A DNA stretch of 36,895 nucleotides from Octopus bimaculoides. Taxonomy: Eukaryota. Location: NCBI RefSeq assembly GCF_001194135.2, contig NC_069003.1:11933039-11969933 (forward strand), read 5' to 3'. Position numbers and translations under genes: made by a program. Of the stretch, positions 10,733-22,607 are shown in pieces (position 1 is the first letter of the stretch; every line of letters starts with the position of its first letter). Under the pieces are notes generated by a model, which saw only the letters and a list, made by a program, of their open reading frames with translations, made no database searches and had not been told where the DNA came from.

Positions 10733-11215
10733 TACTATCTTTTACTTGTTTCGGTAATCAGGCTATGGCCATGTTAGAATACAGCCTTGAAGGATTTTAG
10801 TCAAACAGATTGATCCCAGTACTTATTTTTTAAGTTTGGTACATATTTTCTATTGATTTCCTTTTTTCTTTTTTTTTTGCTGAACTGCTAAGTTATGGGG
10901 GACATAAACAAACCAACACCAGTTGTCAAGTGGTGGATAGGGGGCAAACACAAGCACAAAAGCATACACAGATTGTTTTATATATTCTTTTACTTGTTTC
11001 AGTCATTTGTCTGCGGCCATGCTGGTGCATTGCCTTGAAGGGTTTTAATTAAACAAATCTACCCCAGGATATATTTCTTAAGCCTAGTACTTATTCTATC
11101 GGCCTCTTTTTGCCAAGCTGCTAAGTTACAGGGATGTAAACGTACAAGCACTTGTTGTCAAATGGTGATGGGGGAGGTTAAGACAGACACAAAAGACATA
11201 CATGCATAGATATAT
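10733..11215 (-). mobile_element. Two tandem SINE A 3' halves (~10733-10965 and ~10987-11215)
   Basis: Twice tttacttgtttc..tc...ggccatg...gaagg..ttt...ctgctaagtta...taaac. Confidence 0.75.
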
Positions 11216-11590
11216 NNNNNNNNNNNNNNNNNNNNNNNNNNNNNNNNNNNNNNNNNNNNNNNNNNNNNNNNNNNNNNNNNNNNNNNNNNNNNNNNNNNNN
11301 NNNNNNNNNNNNNNNNNNNNNNNNNNNNNNNNNNNNNNNNNNNNNNNNNNNNNNNNNNNNNNNNNNNNNNNNNNNNNNNNNNNNNNNNNNNNNNNNNNNN
11401 NNNNNNNNNNNNNNNNNNNNNNNNNNNNNNNNNNNNNNNNNNNNNNNNNNNNNNNNNNNNNNNNNNNNNNNNNNNNNNNNNNNNNNNNNNNNNNNNNNNN
11501 NNNNNNNNNNNNNNNNNNNNNNNNNNNNNNNNNNNNNNNNNNNNNNNNNNNNNNNNNNNNNNNNNNNNNNNNNNNNNNNNNNNNNNNNNN

Positions 11591-12871
11591 NTGGCTAGAA
11601 ACTGAGAATAATAAAACCCGAATCCTCCATTCACACTATGCAAAACCTATGGCCTCCAAATACCTGATCCACCGGAACTCGGCTATTGCGGACAATGCCA
11701 AATTCAATATATTGATGGCAGACCTCGTCAGAGTAATGCGAAATGTGTCCTGCATGTGCAACCCTACAGAGTTAAAGAGACATGTACAGCATTTCGTTCA
11801 CCGCATGCAGTTCTCAGGTTACAGCCATAAAGAAAGGATCAGAGTATACAAAGGAGCTATGAAGAAATTTGAAACCATCAAACGTAACGATAGGAATGGG
11901 ATTTGCCCACTCTATAGAAGCAAATCATGGAACACCATTGAAAGGATTAAGAAGAAAATAGGAAAGGCAAACTCATGGTATGATAGCCACAAATACCAGA
12001 GCGTCATGTTCATCGACACCACCCCTAGAGGCGAACTGGCATACCGCTTTAGAAGGGCCCTAGACAAACTTAAGCTAAGAATTAAAGTTGTTGAAAGGCT
12101 AGGCAACCCTATCAAATCCCTTATCAGTAGAACATACCCTTTTAGTAGAACCCCCTGCACTGATAGGAACTGTACTGTATGTAGATTTAGCCGACAAACT
12201 GTAAAACCAGAAATGTGGTCTATAGTATAAAATGTACAGAAGGACGATGCAGTAACAAGACAATGACGTATGTAGGAGAAACAGCACAGAGCATAGGAGA
12301 GCGGGTAAATGAACATTGGAGTGAACTTAAGGAAGAGAAGAGCTCATTAGTTCTGTACCAGCAGGCTGAGCAAGAACACGGAGGCTCACTCAACAACATA
12401 GAAATTAAAATCTTGTCCACACATAGCACAGACGCAGCACTTAGACAAATTACAGAAGCTACACACATAATAGAAGATAAACCTAGCCTGAATAGGAAAC
12501 TGGAATGGAACACTAACACACACTCCTAACAAACCACAACATATGACAATAAATTCCCCATAAACCAATAACAATATGAACAAAATATAATACAATACAT
12601 AGATAAACAAATGGAATTAAATACTACATATGTTAACAAAACAAAATTAAATACAAAAAAAAGTAGGTATAAACACATGAACAAATAAATAAATGAAAAC
12701 AAAAATAAATGAACATGTATTAAAAGAGGATATAGATAATACAGGCACTCCCCATACACACACATGCACTTACAAAACATAGACACACATAGAGGGATAC
12801 GCATGCGTAGACACATACAATAGGAATACAAAATACAAAATGGCTGATCATTAGCAAGGTGGGACACACAT
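11591..12871 (+). mobile_element. Penelope-like retroelement: RT C-terminal region, Cys-rich linker and GIY-YIG endonuclease; antisense in intron 6
   Basis: HYAKPMAS..IH..SA, RMQFSGY, MFIDTTPRGEL, IKVVERLG, CTDRNCTVC, then (after one frameshift at ~12195-12200) NCKTRNVVYSIKC..TYVGETAQSIGERVNEH..RQITEA..LN; stop at 12529; A/C-rich 3' region; gaps on both sides. Confidence 0.88.
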
Positions 12872-13552
12872 NNNNNNNNNNNNNNNNNNNNNNNNNNNNN
12901 NNNNNNNNNNNNNNNNNNNNNNNNNNNNNNNNNNNNNNNNNNNNNNNNNNNNNNNNNNNNNNNNNNNNNNNNNNNNNNNNNNNNNNNNNNNNNNNNNNNN
13001 NNNNNNNNNNNNNNNNNNNNNNNNNNNNNNNNNNNNNNNNNNNNNNNNNNNNNNNNNNNNNNNNNNNNNNNNNNNNNNNNNNNNNNNNNNNNNNNNNNNN
13101 NNNNNNNNNNNNNNNNNNNNNNNNNNNNNNNNNNNNNNNNNNNNNNNNNNNNNNNNNNNNNNNNNNNNNNNNNNNNNNNNNNNNNNNNNNNNNNNNNNNN
13201 NNNNNNNNNNNNNNNNNNNNNNNNNNNNNNNNNNNNNNNNNNNNNNNNNNNNNNNNNNNNNNNNNNNNNNNNNNNNNNNNNNNNNNNNNNNNNNNNNNNN
13301 NNNNNNNNNNNNNNNNNNNNNNNNNNNNNNNNNNNNNNNNNNNNNNNNNNNNNNNNNNNNNNNNNNNNNNNNNNNNNNNNNNNNNNNNNNNNNNNNNNNN
13401 NNNNNNNNNNNNNNNNNNNNNNNNNNNNNNNNNNNNNNNNNNNNNNNNNNNNNNNNNNNNNNNNNNNNNNNNNNNNNNNNNNNNNNNNNNNNNNNNNNNN
13501 NNNNNNNNNNNNNNNNNNNNNNNNNNNNNNNNNNNNNNNNNNNNNNNNNNNN

Positions 13553-13587
<35 letters not shown>

Positions 13588-13673
13588 CACACTGTGTGGA
13601 GAAATTAGGCTATGAGTGAAAGAAAGACAATAATGTAATAATAATTATATAATATAATAAACGATATAGTTAC

Positions 13674-13785
13674 CAATGTTGTAGTCATGTATTTTAGTTA
13701 ATTTTCCAGTCCCAAAACTGTCTTCAGATCCTAATACTGGTTTGTAAGTGAAGCGTACAAGTTGATTAATGGTATCATATTCTTC
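13674..13785 (-). CDS. Coding exon 6 (EEYDTINQLVRFTYKPVLGSEDSFGTGKLTKIHDYNI)
   Basis: Acceptor tttaaatttgcag|GAA; 112 nt phase 0-1; donor ATTG|gtaact. Confidence 0.88.
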
Positions 13786-13884
13786 CTGCAAATTTAAAGT
13801 TAATACATTGTTAATACTGAACATGGTGTCATAAATTCATGATTGTATTGTAATGTCATGTGTTTTCTTATTGTTAAATTATTG

Positions 13885-14125
13885 TTACGATCATCATCAT
13901 CATCATTATAATGCTTTTCCATACTTGCATGGGTTGGAAGGAATTTGTGCAAGCAGATTTTCTTTGGCTGGATACCCTTCCTTGCCAGCCCTCAGCTGTT
14001 TTCCAAGTATGGTAATATTTCTCCATGGCCAGACATGTTTTCGCAGAAGATTGGAAATAAATGACACTGCTTACATGACAGGGACACTTGTTTACAACTA
14101 TCCTGTGATGTTGAGGCAAGGAGAC
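13885..14125 (-). mobile_element. Diverged LINE 3'-tail-like repeat
   Basis: (cat)n followed by ttccatacttgcatgggttgga...gctggatacccttcc, a variant of the RTE tail. Confidence 0.5.
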
Positions 14126-14334
14126 AGTAACACACACACACACACACATGCGACAAAGCAAATACAGATGACAAAAAAGTCCAAGGGGTTTGCAGTTAAT
14201 ATTTATTAGATTGATGTCTTTAATCAATACATTGGAGTACAACCTTAATTCTCAGATTATCTTATTCCTTGAATATTATTTGATTACCATTTTGGATTAT
14301 GGTGCATCTTCATCCTTGATTATATATCTTTTGT

Positions 14335-14945
14335 CTTTTGTGGTATGGTCTTGAAGAACTTTAGTCAAACAAATCAATCTCAGTACTTATTTTTTTAAAG
14401 CCTAGTTCTTATTCTATCAGTCTCTTTTACCAAACCACTAAGTTAAGGGGACATAAACATACAGGCACTTGTTGTCGAGAGGTGGTAAGAGTCAAACACA
14501 GACACAAAGACAAACATGTATATGTGATGGGCTGTTTTCAATTTCAGTCAACCAAATCCATTCACAAGGCTTTGGCTGACCTGGGGTTATAGTAGAAGAC
14601 ACCTGCTCATGGTGTCACGCAGTGGGACTGAACTCAGAATGAAGTAGTTGGGAAGCAAACTTCCTACCGCACAGTCATATTTGCACCTACAAAAAATTGA
14701 ATATATCCATACACAGGTGTAGGAATGGCTGTGTGGATAGGCGCTGGCGTGGCTGGTGTGGAAAGAAGCTCGTTTTTCAAGCAAATGGGTCTGGGTTCAG
14801 TCCCACTGTGTAGCACCTCGGGCAAGTGTCTCCTACTATAGCCTTGGGCTGACCAAAGCCTTGTAAGTGGATTTGGGAGACAGAAGTTGAAAGAAACCTG
14901 TTGTATATATATGTATATATTCATGTGAGTGTCTTTGTGTCTGTG
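14335..14945. mobile_element. Head-to-head SINE A pair (- ~14335-14690, + ~14712-14945)
   Basis: Minus copy ends at its tRNA head near 14690; the plus copy starts aggtgtaggaatggctgtgtgg near 14714. Confidence 0.8.
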
Positions 14946-14961
14946 TATATATATATATATA

Positions 14962-15283
14962 AGGTTAATGCTAGGAATCTCTCTTAGAGATCACATTTGG
15001 AACAAAGAGATCAGGAATAGAACTGGAGTGAAGGATGTCATTGCAGAATACCACCAGTCAAAGCTATGGATGGGTCGGTCATGTCACAAGGTTCACAGAC
15101 TATCGGTGGACCTGTGTAGTTGTTAAGAGATGACTCAGAAGACCTCCAATCAGATGGGAAGATGATTTAAGAAAAATGTTGGGAGCAACTTGGAAGAGAA
15201 TGCTGAGAGTATGAGGGGAGTGGAGCAAATGCTGGAGCCAGCTGAGCTGACTTGGCACCAGACAGCCTGGCCAATCCAGGTGA
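14962..15283 (+). mobile_element. 3' end of a second RTE-like LINE (C-terminal ORF remnant) with (ATAC)n tail
   Basis: RLMLGISLRDHIWNKEIRNRTGVKDVI..., then WVGHV and RPPIRWEDD across frameshifts, typical of RTE C-termini. Confidence 0.75.
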
Positions 15284-15305
15284 TATATATACATACATAC
15301 ATACA

Positions 15306-15365
<60 letters not shown>

Positions 15366-15722
15366 NNNNNNNNNNNNNNNNNNNNNNNNNNNNNNNNNNN
15401 NNNNNNNNNNNNNNNNNNNNNNNNNNNNNNNNNNNNNNNNNNNNNNNNNNNNNNNNNNNNNNNNNNNNNNNNNNNNNNNNNNNNNNNNNNNNNNNNNNNN
15501 NNNNNNNNNNNNNNNNNNNNNNNNNNNNNNNNNNNNNNNNNNNNNNNNNNNNNNNNNNNNNNNNNNNNNNNNNNNNNNNNNNNNNNNNNNNNNNNNNNNN
15601 NNNNNNNNNNNNNNNNNNNNNNNNNNNNNNNNNNNNNNNNNNNNNNNNNNNNNNNNNNNNNNNNNNNNNNNNNNNNNNNNNNNNNNNNNNNNNNNNNNNN
15701 NNNNNNNNNNNTTTTCTTATTG

Positions 15723-15754
<32 letters not shown>

Positions 15755-16481
15755 TAAGAATTATTTCTCTTGACTCATTTTTGTCAAATTTATGCAAATT
15801 ACCTCGGCCATAAATGTGTTCTACTCTTTTTGTATATGTCTATGTCCCTTAATAGCTGGTGATAGGTTGAGATAGGTAAGGACAATTGTTGTACTGATGA
15901 TAGCTGTTGAGCCAGAAACACATGTCCACGACTGCCCTCTTATCTTCACACAATAAGCTTATCCTTTTCTTTCAGGCATATCAACTTTGGAGAATGCTTG
16001 ATTCTTGAGTGTACTAGGTGCTTTTTTGTGGTACCAACACTGGTGACCTCACTAAGGACCCCTCAACTTAGTGAATTGCAGTATTAAAGCTCAGTTGTCT
16101 CACTTGCAGATCTAGCCAGATCAGTTGGAGACAGCTGCTTCAGACAGGACTCCATTGGAAGACGGATTTGAGGACCTGTCCCCACAACCCTCTCAGAAAT
16201 ATATTGAGCAAAGAAGAAATGAGATGTATTTGCAATGAACTTTTGCTCAGTTTCAATTTGTTCAATTCATTCACAAGGCATTGGTCATCCTGTGGCTATC
16301 ATAGAAAAAAAAAACTTGTTCAAGGCACCGGTGTAGACAAACCTGAGATATAAACTGACCAAGTCAACCAACCAGAGCAATGCAGGGGAGATTGGGAGAG
16401 GGAAATCGTATTATTACTGGTGGTGGTGGTAGTGTCTCATGATGTGTTCTTTTTGTACATTGGATCAGAGATATCTCTTAC

Positions 16482-16604
16482 TTCCTGGTATTGGATTTTG
16501 TTTTGGGCTTCATTGACAATCTCTGTTGTACAACTAAAAACATCAGGGAAGTCTGGTAAAGGCTTCGTTTGTTTCCGTCCATTACATACGGTTCCTCGTG
16601 GAGT
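16482..16604 (-). CDS. Coding exon 5 (TPRGTVCNGRKQTKPLPDFPDVFSCTTEIVNEAQNKIQYQE)
   Basis: Acceptor ctcttctctttccgcag|ACT; 123 nt phase 0-0; donor GAA|gtaaga. Confidence 0.9.
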
Positions 16605-16978
16605 CTGCGGAAAGAGAAGAGAATTAATAATAGCAAGAAAGACAGATTAAAACTGGAATATAATAAGAATATGCATATGGTTTGGTCATAATGGCTTTTT
16701 CCTCTTCATGAAAATATAAATTATATATACTTCATTCGTAATGTATGATAATGTATGCACAAGTACTTTCCGTCTCTCCTCTCACTCTCTTTTTGCCTTC
16801 TCTCTCTGTCTTCTACTCTTGATTTGTGTGTATATGTATATATGTTTCTATCTGTCTGTCTATCGACTGGCTGTTGTCACATCATCTGTAAGTTTAAAGA
16901 ATTTCTTAAGCTTCTTACCATGCAGCCATGTCTACCACCCTTATTATTATTGTGGCAAGAACAGAAAGTACTTCATAC

Positions 16979-17115
16979 CTCAAATATTGGTTTCTCTGTC
17001 AATATGTAAGGCTTGTAGTGGAAAAACTCAAACTGGTATTCAAGAGCCTCCCCATCACTGTCCTTTCCTTTCATGTGAAGTCTCACTGGTGTCACAGGTA
17101 CTGAATCTTCTGTTG
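16979..17115 (-). CDS. Coding exon 4 (ATEDSVPVTPVRLHMKG...YQFEFFHYKPYILTEKPIFE)
   Basis: Acceptor tttcttttcag|CA; 137 nt phase 1-0; donor GAG|gtatga. Confidence 0.9.
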
Positions 17116-18227
17116 CTGAAAAGAAAGAAACCTTTTTTATATTAATTAGAAACAAATTAATCGCAGTAATTGAAATACGGGTGTATATAATTGTATATAG
17201 ACCTGCATAGTAGACATAAAAAATCTACTGCAGTCATGAAACAACCATAGGATTGCACCTAGAAAGTTCCCCTCCGAGGCACAAGTCTGGGCAAGGTTGT
17301 TTATGGAAGACCAGCAATCTTACACTGGTCTTTTGCTAGCTGTAATATCTCATCTGCATATGCAGTGACTGCAGATAATAGCTGTAGTTCATTAACTGAA
17401 GTGGTTAATTATGACTGCTGACAGATTGTTGTCTGTTCATGCACTTAGCATGTAGTGATATTCACCATTGATTCAGTAAGTTCGCCTGCTGAAATAGTTC
17501 ACATCCACGATACTACATCCCATGATTTCAACATACCCTGGCTCAGGTGGTTACATGTTAAATTAACCCACAGCTGAGACCTTGATGGGTGTTACTGCTC
17601 AGGGTCAGAGTAGATCTGGAAACAATAGTGCCTAGGTGGTGGTTCCACACTCCTTGAAACCCTGGAATTCTTGAACAAGGACCCCTCTACTTGATACAAT
17701 TTGAAGTCATTCATAGGCCATAATATATGCCAAGCTACATAATAAACATGTTTGTGTACACTTAATTGTGGAAAGGCTTTGCTGCAGAAAATGGTTTGGG
17801 AGAGAAATTCTTCTGATAGACTGTGTTTGTGAAAACCACCCCCTACTGGGCTATAAATGATATCATCAGACTGTGGGACACTTATTTCTGCATCTTTATG
17901 CTTCATCAGTTACAAACACTGAATCCATCATTCATAACTAAAAACTGCTGTTCATATATCTAAATAGCAAACAGTAATTAAAAAAAAAATTTAAGCAACA
18001 AATAATAAATTTCTTGATGGATACAAAGCTTTGTCAAGCTGGAACCAATCAGAAGTGCACAAAGCAGCATTGATTAAAATATAGGGGTGAATGTAGTGAA
18101 TGATGTACAAAGATTGGTGTGGGGGTGATGGTCAGAGACAATGGTAAGAATGAAGAACAGATGTCAATAGGAAGGGGATCAGGAGAGAGGAATGATTTGC
18201 AATACAAAAAGACTGTATTCACACACA

Positions 18228-18415
18228 TGTCATTATCATCATCATCACTTAACATCCATTTACCATGTTGGCATGGTTTGGGTAGTTCATCAGGAACTCA
18301 CAAGCCAAATGACTGTGTTGAGCTCCATTTTCTGCTTTGGCATGATTTTTACAGCTGAATGTCCTTCCTAATGCCAACCACTTTCCAGAGCATGTGGGTT
18401 CTTTTTTTTTTCCTG
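18228..18415 (-). mobile_element. Diverged RTE 3' tail
   Basis: (cat)n-cttaacatccatttaccatg...acagctgaatgtccttcctaatgccaaccact. Confidence 0.6.
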
Positions 18416-18510
18416 GCAAAACAAGACTCCTCAGCTAAGTGTGGTATAGTATTGAAGGAGGTGAAATTATGATAAAGGCCAAGAACATATGTTTTGCTGA
18501 AGAGGAGATA

Positions 18511-18730
18511 TGAAGATTTACTGAAAAGTTCCCGGCTTTGGGTAACAAAAAAAAAAAAATGTACAGGAGGATCAGTTAATTTTATTCAACACAGTCCCCT
18601 CTTAGATTCACACACTTATTGCAACAATCCATCAGTTTTTGTAAGCTCTGTAAAAGAACTTGGAATGTCAGGCCCCCACCCAGGCCTTTCATGGTACCCT
18701 TAAAGCCAGGAACTTTTCAGCACTCCATTG
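18511..18730. mobile_element. Mariner-derived MITE
   Basis: TA|tgaagatttactgaaaagttcccggcttt ... aaagccaggaacttttcagcactccattg|TA; interior homologous to 10191-10410. Confidence 0.7.
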
Positions 18731-18846
18731 TACATGGCTTTCCCAGCTGGTGAGGGTGTAACCTCAAGGTACAAGGTAAATATAAAGAGAGAATAGGGAC
18801 AGAAAAACAAGAAGGGTAGGCACACATATAATTTTTTCCAACTTAC

Positions 18847-19080
18847 CAAAATACCAAGTCGTTGTTACAGTTGCTTTCATGCTTGGTAAATACTGACATG
18901 CTGACCATACTGATGTACTGACACCTCGGTCAATGACTGTGGTTTTCTCTTTGACCTTGAAGAAATTTGTCTCTGCCAGTTCAATTGCTCCCGCAAGTGA
19001 GAAGAAACGTCCATTGGAGATTTCCTCTCCAAACAAGTACTTATTTGGTTTCTTCCACAAATCAGTTATTCTGCATGCCC
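18847..19080 (-). CDS. Coding exon 3 (GACRITDLW...RGVSTSVWSACQYLPSMKATVTTTWYF)
   Basis: Acceptor ctcttacttttattcag|GG; 234 nt phase 1-1; donor TTTG|gtaagt. Confidence 0.9.
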
Positions 19081-19353
19081 CTGAATAAAAGTAAGAGTCG
19101 TAACCAGCAATGCCATACCTTAATTAATATCAATATCATCATCAAATGAGTCACCAGTGTACTAATGCTGAAAATAGTGAAAATACATTTAGCATTATGT
19201 CTTTTGATTGCAGTTATTTGACTACACACAAAAACATAGACTCCTACTGTGTAAAGGAGCAACTAAAAAGGCTTAAAACTATTCTAAAAAATCACAAGGA
19301 TTGAACATGTCCACTATACCATGGCAAATTTTGGAATAGGATAGTTAGAAATA

Positions 19354-19570
19354 TTCCTTTCTATTATAGGCACAAGACCTGACGTTTTGGAGGAGGGGTT
19401 TTAGTCAATTACATTAACCCCAGTGCTTCTCGACTGGTACTTATTTTATCGACCCCAAAAGGATGAAAGGCAAAATTGACCAAGGCAGAATTTGAACTCA
19501 GAACATAAGGACATGAAATACCATGAAGCATTATGCTCAGCACGCTAACAATTTTGCCAGTTTGCCACCT
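19354..19570 (-). mobile_element. tRNA-derived SINE family B with a 17-bp TSD
   Basis: taggatagttagaaata at 19337-19353 and 19571-19587; minus-strand head with B-box gagttcaaattc; core gcctttcatccttttggggtcgataaaataagtacc. Confidence 0.85.
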
Positions 19571-20493
19571 TAGGATAGTTAGAAATAATAAGATAACTAA
19601 AACCAGTACTTGGTGCAATAAGAATGGGTTTGATAGCGTAATTTTTATGGCTGCATCACCAAATAGCAAATTAGCTAATAGAATTTAGGAAAAATCCTCC
19701 AAGAAACTAACCTCAAAATCAAATGTCACAGAGAAAACTGGTAAATTTATGGAATCAGTTTTCTTTGTCTGTCTTACATTTTGACAGTGACACCTGTAAA
19801 AATGGCTGAAAAAAATTTGTGCTACCACCCCACCTATTGGTATACCATATGAAGTGCTAAAAGGAATCATGTGCAAATCTCTCTAAAATTGATATAGGAA
19901 AGACAGTTTGAAGTATTAGTGAAAGATTCTATGAGCAACGGAACAGTGATACTGAAAAAAAACTTCATTCCAATTTTTTCACTGACATGGATTAGATAAA
20001 TACAATGGTTTAGTCAAGAAATTCAGTGTGGGGATCATGAACTACAAATTTCTATGACACAGTACTAAGGTAACTGAATCAGTTTACATACGAAAATACA
20101 AACCCAGTTTCAACCATAAGTTAGAAGTAGGTACACCAGTGCATCTCAAACAAGTGTATATTTGCCTTTCTTACTTAAATTAGTTTTATACATTTCTGTG
20201 TATATATATATATATGTATATATGTGTACAAAATGGCAACAATTTACCCATCACACCATGTGTGTGTGTGCCTATATATATNNNNNNNNNNNNNNNNNNN
20301 NNNNNNNNNNNNNNNNNNNNNNNNNNNNNNNNNNNNNNNNNNNNNNNNNNNNNNNNNNNNNNNNNNNNNNNNNNNNNNNNNNNNNNNNNNNNNNNNNNNN
20401 NNNNNNNNNNNNNNNNNNNNNNNNNNNNNNNNNNATATATATTGACACACACACATGGTGTGATGGGTAAATATATATAAAGACACGCATACA

Positions 20494-21359
20494 CATGGTG
20501 TGATGGGTAAATTGTTGCCATTTTGTATTTTTAATTTTGCACATGCACATTGTTTCTTTTTGATTTTGTTGACTACGCAGTATAGGAGGGTTAGCTGGGC
20601 ACCATGTGCGAGAAAAACAGCATCATGACACAATTCACTCTGCCAGAAATTTGGAAACGACATGCTGTACTGCTTGGCTTCTACACTGGAAGCTCCAATA
20701 TGAACATTTCAGAGTGTTTGGGTGTCAATCAGAGGACTTGTACTGAGAGTGATAAAAATCAAAGATCCAATTAACATTATGGTGTTTGGAATGATCACTA
20801 GTGATGGTGATGTTATTGCTGCATACATCTTCCCACATGGCCTAAGATTCAACATGGAGGCCTACATCAAGTACCTGGAGGAGGTAGTGCTGTCTTGGGT
20901 CAGGAGGGTGGCTGCTGGAAGACCCTATTTCTGGCAACTGGACTCTGCACCATGCCACACAAGCAGGAGAACCCAGTCATGGCTGTCAGATAATTTCGGT
21001 GACCACATCATCCCTAACATCTGGTCACCTAACTCCCCAGACTGCAACTTCCTTGCTTATTATGTGTGGGACGCAGTTGAGCGAGAGACCAACAAAACTC
21101 CTTGTAACATCATAGATGAACTGAAGGCAAAGATTATGGCAGCATTCCCTAAGTTAAACAAGAAGACTGTCCAGAAAAGTTACAGGAAATTCTGAAGTTG
21201 TCTGGAGGCTGTGGTTGAAGCCAATGGCGATTTTATTGAATAAATTTACTCCTTAAATACTTCAAGATATTTTTATGTAATTTTAGTAAATATATCTGTT
21301 AAAATGAGATGTCAGTGTTACTTTCATTATTAAACAACAGTTTATTCATTGCACCGTGT
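20494..21359 (+). mobile_element. Internally deleted Tc1/mariner DD37D (maT-type) transposon, copy 1
   Basis: WQLDSAPCHTS...WSPNSPDCNFLA(D)YYVW with 37 residues between the 2nd and 3rd catalytic positions; TIR catggtgtgatgggtaaattg and degenerate ...ttttattcattgcaccgtg followed by TA. Confidence 0.85.
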
Positions 21360-21881
21360 ATATACATGTATATTAATTGTAGTGTACAGCATTATATATC
21401 TATTACGGCCAATGTTACCAATCGGTTTCACACTGGGTTTCAACAGAGTGTTAGATAACTGCCAATTATGTTGCCCTGTGCTCTTGATAGCTGGCAATTA
21501 CGGAAGAAAATATGGTGGCTGCTCTCGAATGTGGGAGGTAAAAAAACGCATCTTGTTTGTGGTTGCCCTGAGAAAAGATTAAACAAACTACAGAAGGGCT
21601 AAGTCAGGAGTTATGTCCCTTGGAAATGTGTGTAGGTTTAGGGGATGATATTCATGTAGGGTTGGAATGTGTGCAGTAAAACTATATGTGGTGTTTTTGG
21701 AGGTTGGGATAGGGATGGAGTTGCTGGGCAGATGTCCAAGGGGCACAGGAGTGCTTGTGTGTGTATTTTTTATATTTTGGATAACGCCTTTGGAGTATAT
21801 GTGTAGGATTATATTGGGGGAGGAAAGGAGTGGTATTGTGTGGATTTTGCATGTTTGGGCCCATGTAAGGGTGCATATGTA

Positions 21882-21938
<57 letters not shown>

Positions 21939-21943
21939 GGCTA

Positions 21944-22312
21944 AGGCATAGGCATGGCTAGGTAGCTTGCTTCTCAAATCATGTGGTTTTGGGTTCAGTG
22001 CCACTGCATGGTACCTTGCTCAAATGTCTTCTATTATAACCCTGAGCCAACTGATGCCTTATGAGTGAATTTGGTAGATGGAAATTGAGTGGGAGTCTAT
22101 TGTATATATTATATATATGTGTGTGTGTAAGAGAAAGTTTGTCCTCCCCTCCCCAATGTCTGACACCTAGTGTTGGTTTGTTTATGTCCCTGTAACTTAA
22201 AGGTTCTATAGAAAAAAAAAATATCAACACTGGGGGTGATTTATTTGAGTAAAACCCTCCAGGGCGGTGCTCAAGCATGGCTGCAGTCCAATGACTGAAA
22301 CAAGAAAAAGGA
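21944..22312 (+). mobile_element. SINE A (full length), just inside intron 2
   Basis: Head ggcataggcatggct..., core and tail ...gcatggctgcagtccaatgactgaaac. Confidence 0.8.
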
Positions 22313-22370
22313 ATATAATAAATGAATGAATGAATTTTTCAATGATTAATCGATAACTTATGGTGTTTAC

Positions 22371-22571
22371 CATCTTGTGATACAGTAAACATCTCTCCAG
22401 TACTCTGGAAGAGGTAGACGTCTGTTTTTGAATCTTGTTGGCTTCGTTTGATGACATTGGCTCCTTTGCTTGTATCATGGTACTCGGTGAAATGTACGGT
22501 GGATTTGTTTGAAATGTAATTAGCCTCTATGAATACACTGTATTGAGGGTCTAGTTTGGGAAAACTGTCAT
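22371..22571 (-). CDS. Coding exon 2 (DDSFPKLDPQYSVFIEANYISNKSTVHFTEYHD...FTVSQD)
   Basis: Long poly-T tract then ccag|AT; 201 nt open in phase 1-1; donor GATG|gtaaac. Confidence 0.9.
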
Positions 22572-22607
22572 CTGGAAAAAAAAAAAAAAAGAATTAATTA
22601 ATAAACA

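Noticed and set aside
12835-12871. Hammerhead ribozyme in the PLE 3' region (ctgatca)
   Set aside because: The core is CTGATCA rather than CTGANGA, no GAAA partner is visible, and the sequence runs into a gap.
12526-13608. Long ORFs across N-gaps (also at 15190-15813, 28758-29640, 33764-34696, 11158-11643)
   Set aside because: Artefacts of N runs and dinucleotide repeats.
17592-17906. 104-aa intronic ORF
   Set aside because: No recognisable motif or splice context; exons 3 and 4 join in frame without it.
19712-19793. Exon-like segment (ttttacag|...GAG|gttagt; CHCQNVRQTKK...)
   Set aside because: 82 nt and open only as phase 2-0; in the phase-1 intron 2 it gives a stop after six codons, and exons 2 and 3 join cleanly without it. 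A poison exon cannot be excluded.
20722-21195. Functional transposase gene
   Set aside because: It lacks the DNA-binding domain and first catalytic D; the third D is replaced by A and there is a premature stop.
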